A stretch of DNA of 64,000 nucleotides. Origin: Nemertoderma westbladi (lineage: Eukaryota; Animalia; Xenacoelomorpha). Below are positions 38,272 to 52,900 of this stretch, piece after piece. Under the pieces are notes generated by a model. That model saw only the letters and a program-made list of their open reading frames with translations. It did no database searches and was not told the origin of the DNA. How positions within the stretch are numbered: the stretch's first letter is position 1; each line of letters begins with the position of its first letter. Both the position numbers and the translations under genes were made by a program. The stretch covers positions 3,578-67,577 of the forward strand of contig JAUCBJ010001576.1 in the NCBI GenBank assembly GCA_032718475.1. The letters are read 5' to 3'.

Positions 38272-38420
38272 CGCAACGTGCTTAGTGATTCATCAAAATT
38301 GTAGCTGGCAGGTCCAATGTTAGCAACCATTACAGTTTTAGCGTTCCCTCCCAATGAGTCCTGGAGCAGACGGGTTAGTTTAGAATCCCGATACGGTATA
38401 TGAGTACTTTTACCGTCGAC
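38272..38420 (-). CDS. KIF3B: KIF3B-like exon 4 (motor)
   Basis: tag|GTC...CG|gtgagc; [41 protein letters not shown]. Confidence 0.95.
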
Positions 38421-38564
38421 CTAAACAGAAAACTAATTGAGTGAAATATTATTGTAGCCAAACTTAACATGTTTAAATAATTAGTTTTTAACACGTGGTA
38501 TTATTTATTAGTTTTAAAATAATTGCCAAGCAAGTCAAGTTAATAAAAAACTTTACCAGAAGTA

Positions 38565-41500
38565 ACATAATGTAAAGAAACGCGACCCACATAATGTAAA
38601 GAAACGCGACCCACATAATGTAGAGAAACGAGACCCACATAATGTAAAGAAACGAGACCCACATAATGTAACGAAACGAGACCCACATAATGTAACGAAA
38701 CGAGACCCACATAATGTAACGATACGAGACCCACATAATGTAACGAAACGAGACCCACATAATGTAACGAAACGAGACCCACATAATGTAACGAAACGAT
38801 ACCCACATAATGTAACGAAACGAGACCCACATAATGTAACGAAACGAGACCCACATAATGTAAAGAAACGCGACCCACATAATGTAACGAAACGAGACCC
38901 ACATAATGTAACGAAACGAGACCCACATAATGTAACGAAACGAGACCCACATAATGTAAAGAAACGAGACCCACATAATGTAACGAAACGAGACCCACAT
39001 AATGTAACGAAACGAGACCCACATAATGTAACGAAACGAGACCCACATAATGTAACGAAACGTGACCCACATAATGTAACGAAACGAGACCCACATAATG
39101 TTAACGAAACGAGACCCACATAATGTAACGAAACGAGACCCACATAATGTAACGAAACGAGACCCACATAATGTAAAGAAACGCGACCCACATAATGTAA
39201 AGAAACGCGACCCACATAATGTAACGAAACGAGACCCACATAATGTAACGAAACGAGACCCACATAATGTAAAGAAACGCGACCCACATAATGTAACGAA
39301 ACGAGACCCACATAATGTAACGAAACGCGACCCACATAATGTAACGAAACGAGACCCACATAATGTAAAGAAACGCGACCCACATAATGTAACGAAACGA
39401 GACCCACATAATGTAACGAAACGAGACCCACATAATGTAACGAAACGTGACCCACATAATGTAACGAAACGTGACCCACATAATGTAACGAAACGAGACC
39501 CACATAATGTAAAGAAACGCGACCCACATAATGTAACGAAACGAGACCCACATAATGTAACGAAACGAGACCCACATAATGTAACGAAACGTGACCCACA
39601 TAATGTAACGAAACGAGACCCACATAATGTAACGAAACGAGACCCACATAATGTAAAGAAACGCGACCCACATAATGTAACGAAACGAGACCCACATAAT
39701 GTAACGAAACGAGACCCACATAATGTAACGAAACGAGACCCACATAATGTAAAGAAACGAGACCCACATAATGTAACGAAACGAGACCCACATAATGTAA
39801 CGAAACGAGACCCACATAATGTAACGAAACGAGACCCACATAATGTAACGAAACGTGACCCACATAATGTAACGAAACGAGACCCACATAATGTAACGAA
39901 ACGAGACCCACATAATGTAACGAAACGAGACCCACATAATGTAACGAAACGAGACCCACATAATGTAAAGAAACGCGACCCACATAATGTAACGAAACGA
40001 GACCCACATAATGTAACGAAACGAGACCCACATAATGTAACGAAACGAGACCCACATAATGTAAAGAAACGCGACCCACATAATGTAACGAAACGAGACC
40101 CACATAATGTAACGAAACGAGACCCACATAATGTAACGAAACGAGACCCACATAATGTAAAGAAACGAGACCCACATAATGTAACGAAACGAGACCCACA
40201 TAATGTAACGAAACGAGACCCACATAATGTAACGAAACGAGACCCACATAATGTAACGAAACGAGACCCACATAATGTAACGAAACGAGACCCACATAAT
40301 GTAACGAAACGAGACCCACATAATGTAACGAAACGAGACCCACATAATGTAACGAAACGAGACCCACATAATGTAACGAAACGAGACCCACATAATGTAA
40401 CGAAACGAGACCCACATAATGTAACGAAACGAGACCCACATAATGTAACGAAACGAGACCCACATAATGTAACGAAACGAGACCCACATAATGTAACGAA
40501 ACGAGACCCACATAATGTAACGAAACGAGACCCACATAATGTAACGAAACGAGACCCACATAATGTAACGAAACGAGACCCACATAATGTAACGAAACGA
40601 GACCCACATAATGTAACGAAACGAGACCCACATAATGTAACGAAACGAGACCCACATAATGTAACGAAACGAGACCCACATAATGTAACGAAACGAGACC
40701 CACATAATGTAACGAAACGAGACCCACATAATGTAACGAAACGAGACCCACATAATGTAACGAAACGAGACCCACATAATGTAACGAAACGAGACCCACA
40801 TAATGTAACGAAACGAGACCCACATAATGTAACGAAACGAGACCCACATAATGTAACGAAACGAGACCCACATAATGTAACGAAACGAGACCCACATAAT
40901 GTAACGAAACGAGACCCACATAATGTAACGAAACGAGACCCACATAATGTAACGAAACGAGACCCACATAATGTAACGAAACGAGACCCACATAATGTAA
41001 CGAAACGAGACCCACATAATGTAACGAAACGAGACCCACATAATGTAACGAAACGAGACCCACATAATGTAACGAAACGAGACCCACATAATGTAACGAA
41101 ACGAGACCCACATAATGTAACGAAACGAGACCCACATAATGTAACGAAACGAGACCCACATAATGTAACGAAACGAGACCCACATAATGTAACGAAACGA
41201 GACCCACATAATGTAACGAAACGAGACCCACATAATGTAACGAAACGAGACCCACATAATGTAACGAAACGAGACCCACATAATGTAACGAAACGAGACC
41301 CACATAATGTAACGAAACGAGACCCACATAATGTAACGAAACGAGACCCACATAATGTAACGAAACGAGACCCACATAATGTAACGAAACGAGACCCACA
41401 TAATGTAACGAAACGAGACCCACATAATGTAACGAAACGAGACCCACATAATGTAACGAAACGAGACCCACATAATGTAACGAAACGAGACCCACATAAT

Positions 41501-44500
41501 GTAACGAAACGAGACCCACATAATGTAACGAAACGAGACCCACATAATGTAACGAAACGAGACCCACATAATGTAACGAAACGAGACCCACATAATGTAA
41601 CGAAACGAGACCCACATAATGTAACGAAACGAGACCCACATAATGTAACGAAACGAGACCCACATAATGTAACGAAACGAGACCCACATAATGTAACGAA
41701 ACGAGACCCACATAATGTAACGAAACGAGACCCACATAATGTAACGAAACGAGACCCACATAATGTAACGAAACGAGACCCACATAATGTAACGAAACGA
41801 GACCCACATAATGTAACGAAACGAGACCCACATAATGTAACGAAACGAGACCCACATAATGTAACGAAACGAGACCCACATAATGTAACGAAACGAGACC
41901 CACATAATGTAACGAAACGAGACCCACATAATGTAACGAAACGAGACCCACATAATGTAACGAAACGAGACCCACATAATGTAACGAAACGAGACCCACA
42001 TAATGTAACGAAACGAGACCCACATAATGTAACGAAACGAGACCCACATAATGTAACGAAACGAGACCCACATAATGTAACGAAACGAGACCCACATAAT
42101 GTAACGAAACGAGACCCACATAATGTAACGAAACGAGACCCACATAATGTAACGAAACGAGACCCACATAATGTAACGAAACGAGACCCACATAATGTAA
42201 CGAAACGAGACCCACATAATGTAACGAAACGAGACCCACATAATGTAACGAAACGAGACCCACATAATGTAACGAAACGAGACCCACATAATGTAACGAA
42301 ACGAGACCCACATAATGTAACGAAACGAGACCCACATAATGTAACGAAACGAGACCCACATAATGTAACGAAACGAGACCCACATAATGTAACGAAACGA
42401 GACCCACATAATGTAACGAAACGAGACCCACATAATGTAACGAAACGAGACCCACATAATGTAACGAAACGAGACCCACATAATGTAACGAAACGAGACC
42501 CACATAATGTAACGAAACGAGACCCACATAATGTAACGAAACGAGACCCACATAATGTAACGAAACGAGACCCACATAATGTAACGAAACGAGACCCACA
42601 TAATGTAACGAAACGAGACCCACATAATGTAACGAAACGAGACCCACATAATGTAACGAAACGAGACCCACATAATGTAACGAAACGAGACCCACATAAT
42701 GTAACGAAACGAGACCCACATAATGTAACGAAACGAGACCCACATAATGTAACGAAACGAGACCCACATAATGTAACGAAACGAGACCCACATAATGTAA
42801 CGAAACGAGACCCACATAATGTAACGAAACGAGACCCACATAATGTAACGAAACGAGACCCACATAATGTAACGAAACGAGACCCACATAATGTAACGAA
42901 ACGAGACCCACATAATGTAACGAAACGAGACCCACATAATGTAACGAAACGAGACCCACATAATGTAACGAAACGAGACCCACATAATGTAACGAAACGA
43001 GACCCACATAATGTAACGAAACGAGACCCACATAATGTAACGAAACGAGACCCACATAATGTAACGAAACGAGACCCACATAATGTAACGAAACGAGACC
43101 CACATAATGTAACGAAACGAGACCCACATAATGTAACGAAACGAGACCCACATAATGTAACGAAACGAGACCCACATAATGTAACGAAACGAGACCCACA
43201 TAATGTAACGAAACGAGACCCACATAATGTAACGAAACGAGACCCACATAATGTAACGAAACGAGACCCACATAATGTAACGAAACGAGACCCACATAAT
43301 GTAACGAAACGAGACCCACATAATGTAACGAAACGAGACCCACATAATGTAACGAAACGAGACCCACATAATGTAACGAAACGAGACCCACATAATGTAA
43401 CGAAACGAGACCCACATAATGTAACGAAACGAGACCCACATAATGTAACGAAACGAGACCCACATAATGTAACGAAACGAGACCCACATAATGTAACGAA
43501 ACGAGACCCACATAATGTAACGAAACGAGACCCACATAATGTAACGAAACGAGACCCACATAATGTAACGAAACGAGACCCACATAATGTAACGAAACGA
43601 GACCCACATAATGTAACGAAACGAGACCCACATAATGTAACGAAACGAGACCCACATAATGTAACGAAACGAGACCCACATAATGTAACGAAACGAGACC
43701 CACATAATGTAACGAAACGAGACCCACATAATGTAACGAAACGAGACCCACATAATGTAACGAAACGAGACCCACATAATGTAACGAAACGAGACCCACA
43801 TAATGTAACGAAACGAGACCCACATAATGTAACGAAACGAGACCCACATAATGTAACGAAACGAGACCCACATAATGTAACGAAACGAGACCCACATAAT
43901 GTAACGAAACGAGACCCACATAATGTAACGAAACGAGACCCACATAATGTAACGAAACGAGACCCACATAATGTAACGAAACGAGACCCACATAATGTAA
44001 CGAAACGAGACCCACATAATGTAACGAAACGAGACCCACATAATGTAACGAAACGAGACCCACATAATGTAACGAAACGAGACCCACATAATGTAACGAA
44101 ACGAGACCCACATAATGTAACGAAACGAGACCCACATAATGTAACGAAACGAGACCCACATAATGTAACGAAACGAGACCCACATAATGTAACGAAACGA
44201 GACCCACATAATGTAACGAAACGAGACCCACATAATGTAACGAAACGAGACCCACATAATGTAACGAAACGAGACCCACATAATGTAACGAAACGAGACC
44301 CACATAATGTAACGAAACGAGACCCACATAATGTAACGAAACGAGACCCACATAATGTAACGAAACGAGACCCACATAATGTAACGAAACGAGACCCACA
44401 TAATGTAACGAAACGAGACCCACATAATGTAACGAAACGAGACCCACATAATGTAACGAAACGAGACCCACATAATGTAACGAAACGAGACCCACATAAT

Positions 44501-46919
44501 GTAACGAAACGAGACCCACATAATGTAACGAAACGAGACCCACATAATGTAACGAAACGAGACCCACATAATGTAACGAAACGAGACCCACATAATGTAA
44601 CGAAACGAGACCCACATAATGTAACGAAACGAGACCCACATAATGTAACGAAACGAGACCCACATAATGTAACGAAACGAGACCCACATAATGTAACGAA
44701 ACGAGACCCACATAATGTAACGAAACGAGACCCACATAATGTAACGAAACGAGACCCACATAATGTAACGAAACGAGACCCACATAATGTAACGAAACGA
44801 GACCCACATAATGTAACGAAACGAGACCCACATAATGTAACGAAACGAGACCCACATAATGTAACGAAACGAGACCCACATAATGTAACGAAACGAGACC
44901 CACATAATGTAACGAAACGAGACCCACATAATGTAACGAAACGAGACCCACATAATGTAACGAAACGAGACCCACATAATGTAACGAAACGAGACCCACA
45001 TAATGTAACGAAACGAGACCCACATAATGTAACGAAACGAGACCCACATAATGTAACGAAACGAGACCCACATAATGTAACGAAACGAGACCCACATAAT
45101 GTAACGAAACGAGACCCACATAATGTAACGAAACGAGACCCACATAATGTAACGAAACGAGACCCACATAATGTAACGAAACGAGACCCACATAATGTAA
45201 CGAAACGAGACCCACATAATGTAACGAAACGAGACCCACATAATGTAACGAAACGAGACCCACATAATGTAACGAAACGAGACCCACATAATGTAACGAA
45301 ACGAGACCCACATAATGTAACGAAACGAGACCCACATAATGTAACGAAACGAGACCCACATAATGTAACGAAACGAGACCCACATAATGTAACGAAACGA
45401 GACCCACATAATGTAACGAAACGAGACCCACATAATGTAACGAAACGAGACCCACATAATGTAACGAAACGAGACCCACATAATGTAACGAAACGAGACC
45501 CACATAATGTAACGAAACGAGACCCACATAATGTAACGAAACGTGACCCACATAATGTAACGAAACGAGACCCACATAATGTAACGAAACGAGACCCACA
45601 TAATGTAACGAAACGAGACCCACATAATGTAACGAAACGAGACCCACATAATGTAACGAAACGAGACCCACATAATGTAACGAAACGAGACCCACATAAT
45701 GTAACGAAACGAGACCCACATAATGTAACGAAACGAGACCCACATAATGTAACGAAACGTGACCCACATAATGTAACGAAACGAGACCCACATAATGTAA
45801 CGAAACGAGACCCACATAATGTAACGAAACGAGACCCACATAATGTAACGAAACGAGACCCACATAATGTTAAGAAACGAGACCCACATAATGTAACGAA
45901 ACGAGACCCACATAATGTAACGAAACGAGACCCACATAATGTAACGAAACGAGACCCACATAATGTAACGAAACGTGACCCACATAATGTAACGAAACGA
46001 GACCCACATAATGTAACGAAACGAGACCCACATAATGTAACGAAACGAGACCCACATAATGTAACGAAACGAGACCCACATAATGTAACGAAACGAGACC
46101 CACATAATGTAACGAAACGAGACCCACATAATGTAACGAAACGTGACCCACATAATGTAACGAAACGAGACCCACATAATGTAACGAAACGAGACCCACA
46201 TAATGTAACGAAACGAGACCCACATAATGTAACGAAACGTGACCCACATAATGTAACGAAACGAGACCCACATAATGTAACGAAACGAGACCCACATAAT
46301 GTAACGAAACGAGACCCACATAATGTAAAGAAACGCGACCCACATAATGTAACGAAACGAGACCCACATAATGTAACGAAACGAGACCCACATAATGTAA
46401 CGAAACGAGACCCACATAATGTAACGAAACGAGACCCACATAATGTTAAGAAACGAGACCCACATAATGTAACGAAACGAGACCCACATAATGTAACGAA
46501 ACGAGACCCACATAATGTAACGAAACGAGACCCACATAATGTTAAGAAACGAGACCCACATAATGTAACGAAACGAGACCCACATAATGTAACGAAACGA
46601 GACCCACATAATGTAACGAAACGTGACCCACATAATGTAACGAAACGAGACCCACATAATGTAACGAAACGAGACCCACATAATGTAACGAAACGAGACC
46701 CACATAATGTAACGAAACGAGACCCACATAATGTAACGAAACGAGACCCACATAATGTAACGAAACGTGACCCACATAATGTAACGAAACGAGACCCACA
46801 TAATGTAACGAAACGAGACCCACATAATGTAACGAAACGAGACCCACATAATGTAACGAAACGATACCCACATAATGTAACGAAACGAGACCCACATAAT
46901 GTAACGAAACGATACCCAC
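38565..46919. repeat. 24-bp satellite (about 348 units) in KIF3B intron 3
   Basis: Unit gtaacgaaacgagacccacataat; invariant from about 40190 to 45540. Confidence 0.98.
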
Positions 46920-49900
46920 GCAATACCAGAGCCCTCCACGCAATACCAGAGCCCTCCACGCAATCCCAGAGCCCTCCACGCAATACCAGATCCCTCCACG
47001 CAATACCAGATCCCTCCACGCAATACCAGAGCCCTCCACGCAATACCAGAGCCCTCCACGCAATACCAGAGCCCTCCACGCAATACCAGATCCCTCCACG
47101 CAATACCAGAGCCCTCCACGCAATACCAGAGCCCTCCACGCAATCCCAGAGCCCTCCACGCAATACCAGAGCCCTCCACGCAATACCAGAGCCCTCCACG
47201 CAATACCAGATCCCTCCACGCAATACCAGAGCCCTCCAAGCAATACCAGATCCCTCCACGCAATACCAGAGCCCTCCACGCAATACCAGAGCCCTCCACG
47301 CAATACCAGAGCCCTCCACGCAATACCAGAGCCCTCCACGCAATACCAGAGCCCTCCACGCAATACCAGATCCCTCCACGCAATACCAGAGCCCTCCAAG
47401 CAATACCAGATCCCTCCACGCAATACCAGAGCCCTCCACGCAATACCAGAGCCCTCCACGCAATACCAGAGCCCTCCACGCAATCCCAGAGCCCTCCACG
47501 CAATACCAGAGCCCTCCACGCAATACCAGAGCCCTCCACGCAATCCCAGAGCCCTCCACGCAATACCAGAGCCCTCCACGCAATACCAGAGCCCTCCACG
47601 CAATCCCAGAGCCCTCCACGCAATACCAGAGCCCTCCACGCAATACCAGAGCCCTCCACGCAATACCAGAGCCCTCCACGCAATACCAGCGCCCTCCACG
47701 CAATACCAGAGCCCTCCACGCAATACCAGAGCCCTCCACGCAATACCAGAGCCTTCCACGCAATACCAGAGCCCTCCACGCAATACCAGAGCCCTCCACG
47801 CAATACCAGAGCCCTCCACGCAATACTAGAGCCCTCCACGCAATACCAGAGCCCTCCACGCAATACCAGAGCCCTCCACGCAATACCAGAGCCCTCCACG
47901 CAATACCAGAGCCCTCCACGCAATACCAGAGCCCTCCACGTAATACCAGAGCCCTCTACGCAATACCAGAGCCCTCCACGCAATACCAGAGCCCTCCACG
48001 CAATACCAGAGCCCTCCACGCAATACCAGAGCCCTCCACGCAATACCAGAGCCCTCCACGCAATACCAGAGCCCTCCACGCAATCCCAGAGCCCTCCACG
48101 CAATCCCAGAGCCCTCCACGCAATACCAGAGCCCTCCACGCAATACCAGATCCCTCCACGCAATACCAGATCCCTCCACGCAATACCAGAGCCCTCCACG
48201 CAATACCAGAGCCCTCCACGCAATACCAGAGCCCTCCACGCAATACCAGATCCCTCCACGCAATACCAGATCCCTCCACGCAATACCAGAGCCCTCTACG
48301 CAATACCAGATCCCTCCACGCAATCCCAGAGCCCTCCACGCAATACCAGAGCCCTCCACGCAATCCCAGAGCCCTCCACGCAATCCCAGAGCCCTCCACG
48401 CAATACCAGAGCCCTCCACGCAATACCAGAGCCCTCCACGCAATACCAGAGCCCTCTACGCAATAACGGAGTCCTCCACGCAGTACCAGATCCCTCCACG
48501 CAATCCCAGAGCCCTCCACGCAATCCCAGAGCCCTCCACGCAATACCAGAGCCCTCCACGCAATACCAGAGCCCTCCACGCAGTACCAGAGCCCTCCACG
48601 CAATACCAGAGCCCTCCACGCAATACCAGAGCCTTCCACGCAATACCAGAGCCCTCCACGCAATACTAGAGCCCTCCACGCAATCCCAGAGCCCTCCACG
48701 CAATCCCAGAGCCCTCCACGCAATACCAGAGCCCTCCACGCAATACCAGCGCCCTCCACGCAATACCAGAGCCCTCCACGCAATACCAGAGCCCTCTACG
48801 CAATACCAGAGCCTTCCACGCAATACCAGAGCCCTCCACGCAATACCAGAGCCCTCCACGCAATACCAGAGCCCTCCACGCAATACCAGAGCCCTCTACG
48901 CAATACCAGAGCCTTCCACGCAATACCAGAGCCCTCCACGCAATACCAGAGCCCTCCACGCAATACCAGAGCCCTCCACGCAATACCAGAGCCCTCCACG
49001 CAATCCCAGAGCCCTCCACGCAATACCAGAGCCCTCCACGCAATACCAGAGCCCTCTACGCAATACCAGAGCCTTCCACGCAATACCAGAGCCCTCCACG
49101 CAATACCAGAGCCCTCCACGCAATACCAGAGCCCTCCACGCAGTACCAGAGCCCTCCACGCAATACCAGAGCCCTCCACGCAATACCAGAGCCCTCCACG
49201 CAATACCAGAGCCCTCTACGCAATACCAGAGCCTTCCACGCAATACCAGAGCCCTCCACGCAATACCAGAGCCCTCCACGCAATACCAGAGCCCTCCACG
49301 CAATACCAGAGCCCTCTACGCAATACCAGAGCCTTCCACGCAATACCAGAGCCCTCCACGCAATACCAGAGCCCTCCACGCAATACCAGAGCCCTCCACG
49401 CAATACCAGCGCCCTCCACGCAATACCAGAGCCCTCTACGCAATACCAGAGCCTTCCACGCAATACCAGAGCCCTCCACGCAATACCAGAGCCCTCCACG
49501 CAATACCAGAGCCCTCCACGCAATAACGGAGTCCTCCACGCAATACTAGAGCCCTCCACGCAATACCAGAGTCCTCCACGCAATACCAGAGCCATCTACG
49601 CAATACCAGAGCCCTCTACGCAATACCAGAGCCCTCTACGCAATACCAGAGCCCTCCACGCAATACCAGAGTCCTCCACGCAATACCAGAGCCCTCCACG
49701 CAATACCAGAGCCCTCCACGCAATACCAGAGCCCTCCACGCAATACCAGAGCCCTCCACGCAATACCAGATCCCTCCACGCAATACCAGAGCCCTCCACG
49801 CAGTACCAGAGCCCTCCACGCAATACCAGAGCCCTCCACGCAATACCAGAGTCCTCCACGCAATACCAGAGCCCTCCACGCAATACCAGATCCCTCCACG

Positions 49901-52900
49901 CAATACCAGAGCCCTCCACGCAATACCAGAGCCCTCCACGCAATACCAGAGCCCTCCACGCAATACCAGCGCCCTCCACGCAATACCAGATCCCTCCACG
50001 CAATACCAGAGCCCTCCACGCAGTACCAGATCCCTCCACGCAATACCAGAGCCCTCCACGCAGTACCAGATCCCTCCACGCAATACCAGAGCCCTCCACG
50101 CAATACCAGAGTCCTCCACGCAATACCAGAGCCCTCCACGCAATACCAGATCCCTCCACGCAATACCAGAGCCCTCCACGCAGTACCAGATCCCTCCACG
50201 CAATACCAGAGCCCTCCACGCAATACCAGAGCCCTCCACGCAATACCAGAGCCCTCCACGCAATACCAGAGCCCTCCACGCAATACCAGAGCCCTCCACG
50301 CAGTACCAGATCCCTCCACGCAATACCAGAGCCCTCCACGCAGTACCAGATCCCTCCACGCAATACCAGAGCCCTCCACGCAATACCAGAGTCCTCCACG
50401 CAATACCAGAGCCCTCCACGCAATACCAGATCCCTCCACGCAATACCAGAGCCCTCCACGCAGTACCAGATCCCTCCACGCAATACCAGAGCCCTCCACG
50501 CAATACCAGAGCCCTCCACGCAATACCAGAGCCCTCCACGCAATACCAGAGCCCTCCACGCAATACCAGAGCCCTCCACGCAATACCAGATCCCTCCACG
50601 CAATACCAGATCCCTCCACGCAATACCAGAGCCCTCCACGCAATAACGGAGTCCTCCACGCAATACTAGAGCCCTCCACGCAATACCAGAGTCCTCCACG
50701 CAATACCAGAGTCCTCCACGCAATACCAGATCCCTCCACGCAATACCAGAGCCCTCCACGCAATACCAGCGCCCTCCACGCAATACCAGATCCCTCCACG
50801 CAATACCAGAGCCCTCCACGCAATACCAGAGCCCTCCACGCAATACCAGCGCCCTCCACGCAATACCAGATCCCTCCACGCAATACCAGATCCCTCCACG
50901 CAATACCAGAGCCCTCCACGCAATAACGGAGTCCTCCACGCAATACTAGAGCCCTCCACGCAATACCAGAGTCCTCCACGCAATACCAGAGTCCTCCACG
51001 CAATACCAGATCCCTCCACGCAATACCAGAGCCCTCCACGCAATACCAGCGCCCTCCACGCAATACCAGATCCCTCCACGCAATACCAGAGCCCTCCACG
51101 CAATACCAGATCCCTCCACGCAATACCAGATCCCTCCACGCAATACCAGAGCCCTCCACGCAATAACGGAGTCCTCCACGCAATACTAGAGCCCTCCACG
51201 CAATACCAGAGTCCTCCACGCAATACCAGAGTCCTCCACGCAATACCAGATCCCTCCACGCAATACCAGAGCCCTCCACGCAATACCAGCGCCCTCCACG
51301 CAATACCAGATCCCTCCACGCAATACCAGATCCCTCCACGCAATACCAGAGCCCTCCACGCAATACCAGAGCCCTCCACGCAATACCAGCGCCCTCCACG
51401 CAATACCAGAGCCCTCCACGCAATACCAGAGCCCTCCACGCAATAACGGAGCCCTCCACGCAATAACGGAGCCCTCCACGCAATACCAGAGCCCTCCACG
51501 CAATACCAGCGCCCTCCACGCAATACCAGATCCCTCCACGCAATACCAGATCCCTCCACGCAATACCAGATCCCTCCACGCAATACCAGATCCCTCCACG
51601 CAATACCAGAGCCCTCCACGCAATAACGGAGTCCTCCACGCAATACTAGAGCCCTCCACGCAATACCAGAGTCCTCCACGCAATACCAGAGTCCTCCACG
51701 CAATACCAGATCCCTCCACGCAATACCAGAGCCCTCCACGCAATACCAGCGCCCTCCACGCAATACCAGATCCCTCCACGCAATACCAGAGCCCTCCACG
51801 CAATACCAGAGCCCTCCACGCAATACCAGAGCCCTCCACGCAATACCAGAGCCCTCCACGCAGTACCAGAGCCCTCCACGCAATACCAGAGTCCTCCACG
51901 CAATACCAGAGCCCTCCACGCAATACCAGAGCCCTCCACGCAATACCAGAGCCCTCCACGCAATACCAGAGCCCTCCACGCAATACCAGAGCCCTCCACG
52001 CAATACCAGAGCCCTCCACGCAATACCAGAGCCCTCCACGCAATACCAGAGCCCTCCACGCAATACCAGAGCCCTCCACGCAATACCAGAGCCCTCCACG
52101 CAATCCCAGAGCCCTCCACGCAATACCAGAGCCCTCCACGCAATACCAGAGCCCTCCACGCAATACCAGAGCCCTCCACGCAATACCAGAGCCCTCCACG
52201 CAATACCAGAGCCCTCCACGCAATACCAGAGCCCTCCACGCAATACCAGAGCCCTCCACGCAATACCAGAGCCCTCCACGCAATACCAGAGCCCTCCACG
52301 CAATACCAGAGCCCTCCACGCAATACCAGAGCCCTCCACGCAATACCAGAGCCCTCCACGCAATACCAGAGCCCTCCACGCAATACCAGAGCCCTCCACG
52401 CAATACCAGAGCCCTCCACGCAATACCAGAGCCCTCCACGCAATACCAGAGCCCTCCACGCAATACCAGAGCCCTCCACGCAATACCAGAGCCCTCCACG
52501 CAATACCAGAGCCCTCCACGCAATACCAGAGCCCTCCACGCAATACCAGAGCCCTCCACGCAATACCAGAGCCCTCCACGCAATACCAGAGCCCTCCACG
52601 CAATACCAGAGCCCTCCACGCAATACCAGAGCCCTCCACGCAATACCAGAGCCCTCCACGCAATACCAGAGCCCTCCACGCAATACCAGAGCCCTCCACG
52701 CAATACCAGAGCCCTCCACGCAATACCAGAGCCCTCCACGCAATACCAGAGCCCTCCACGCAATACCAGAGCCCTCCACGCAATACCAGATCCCTCCACG
52801 CAATACCAGAGCCCTCCACGCAATACCAGAGCCCTCCACGCAATACCAGAGCCCTCCACGCAATACCAGAGCCCTCCACGCAATACCAGAGCCCTCCACG

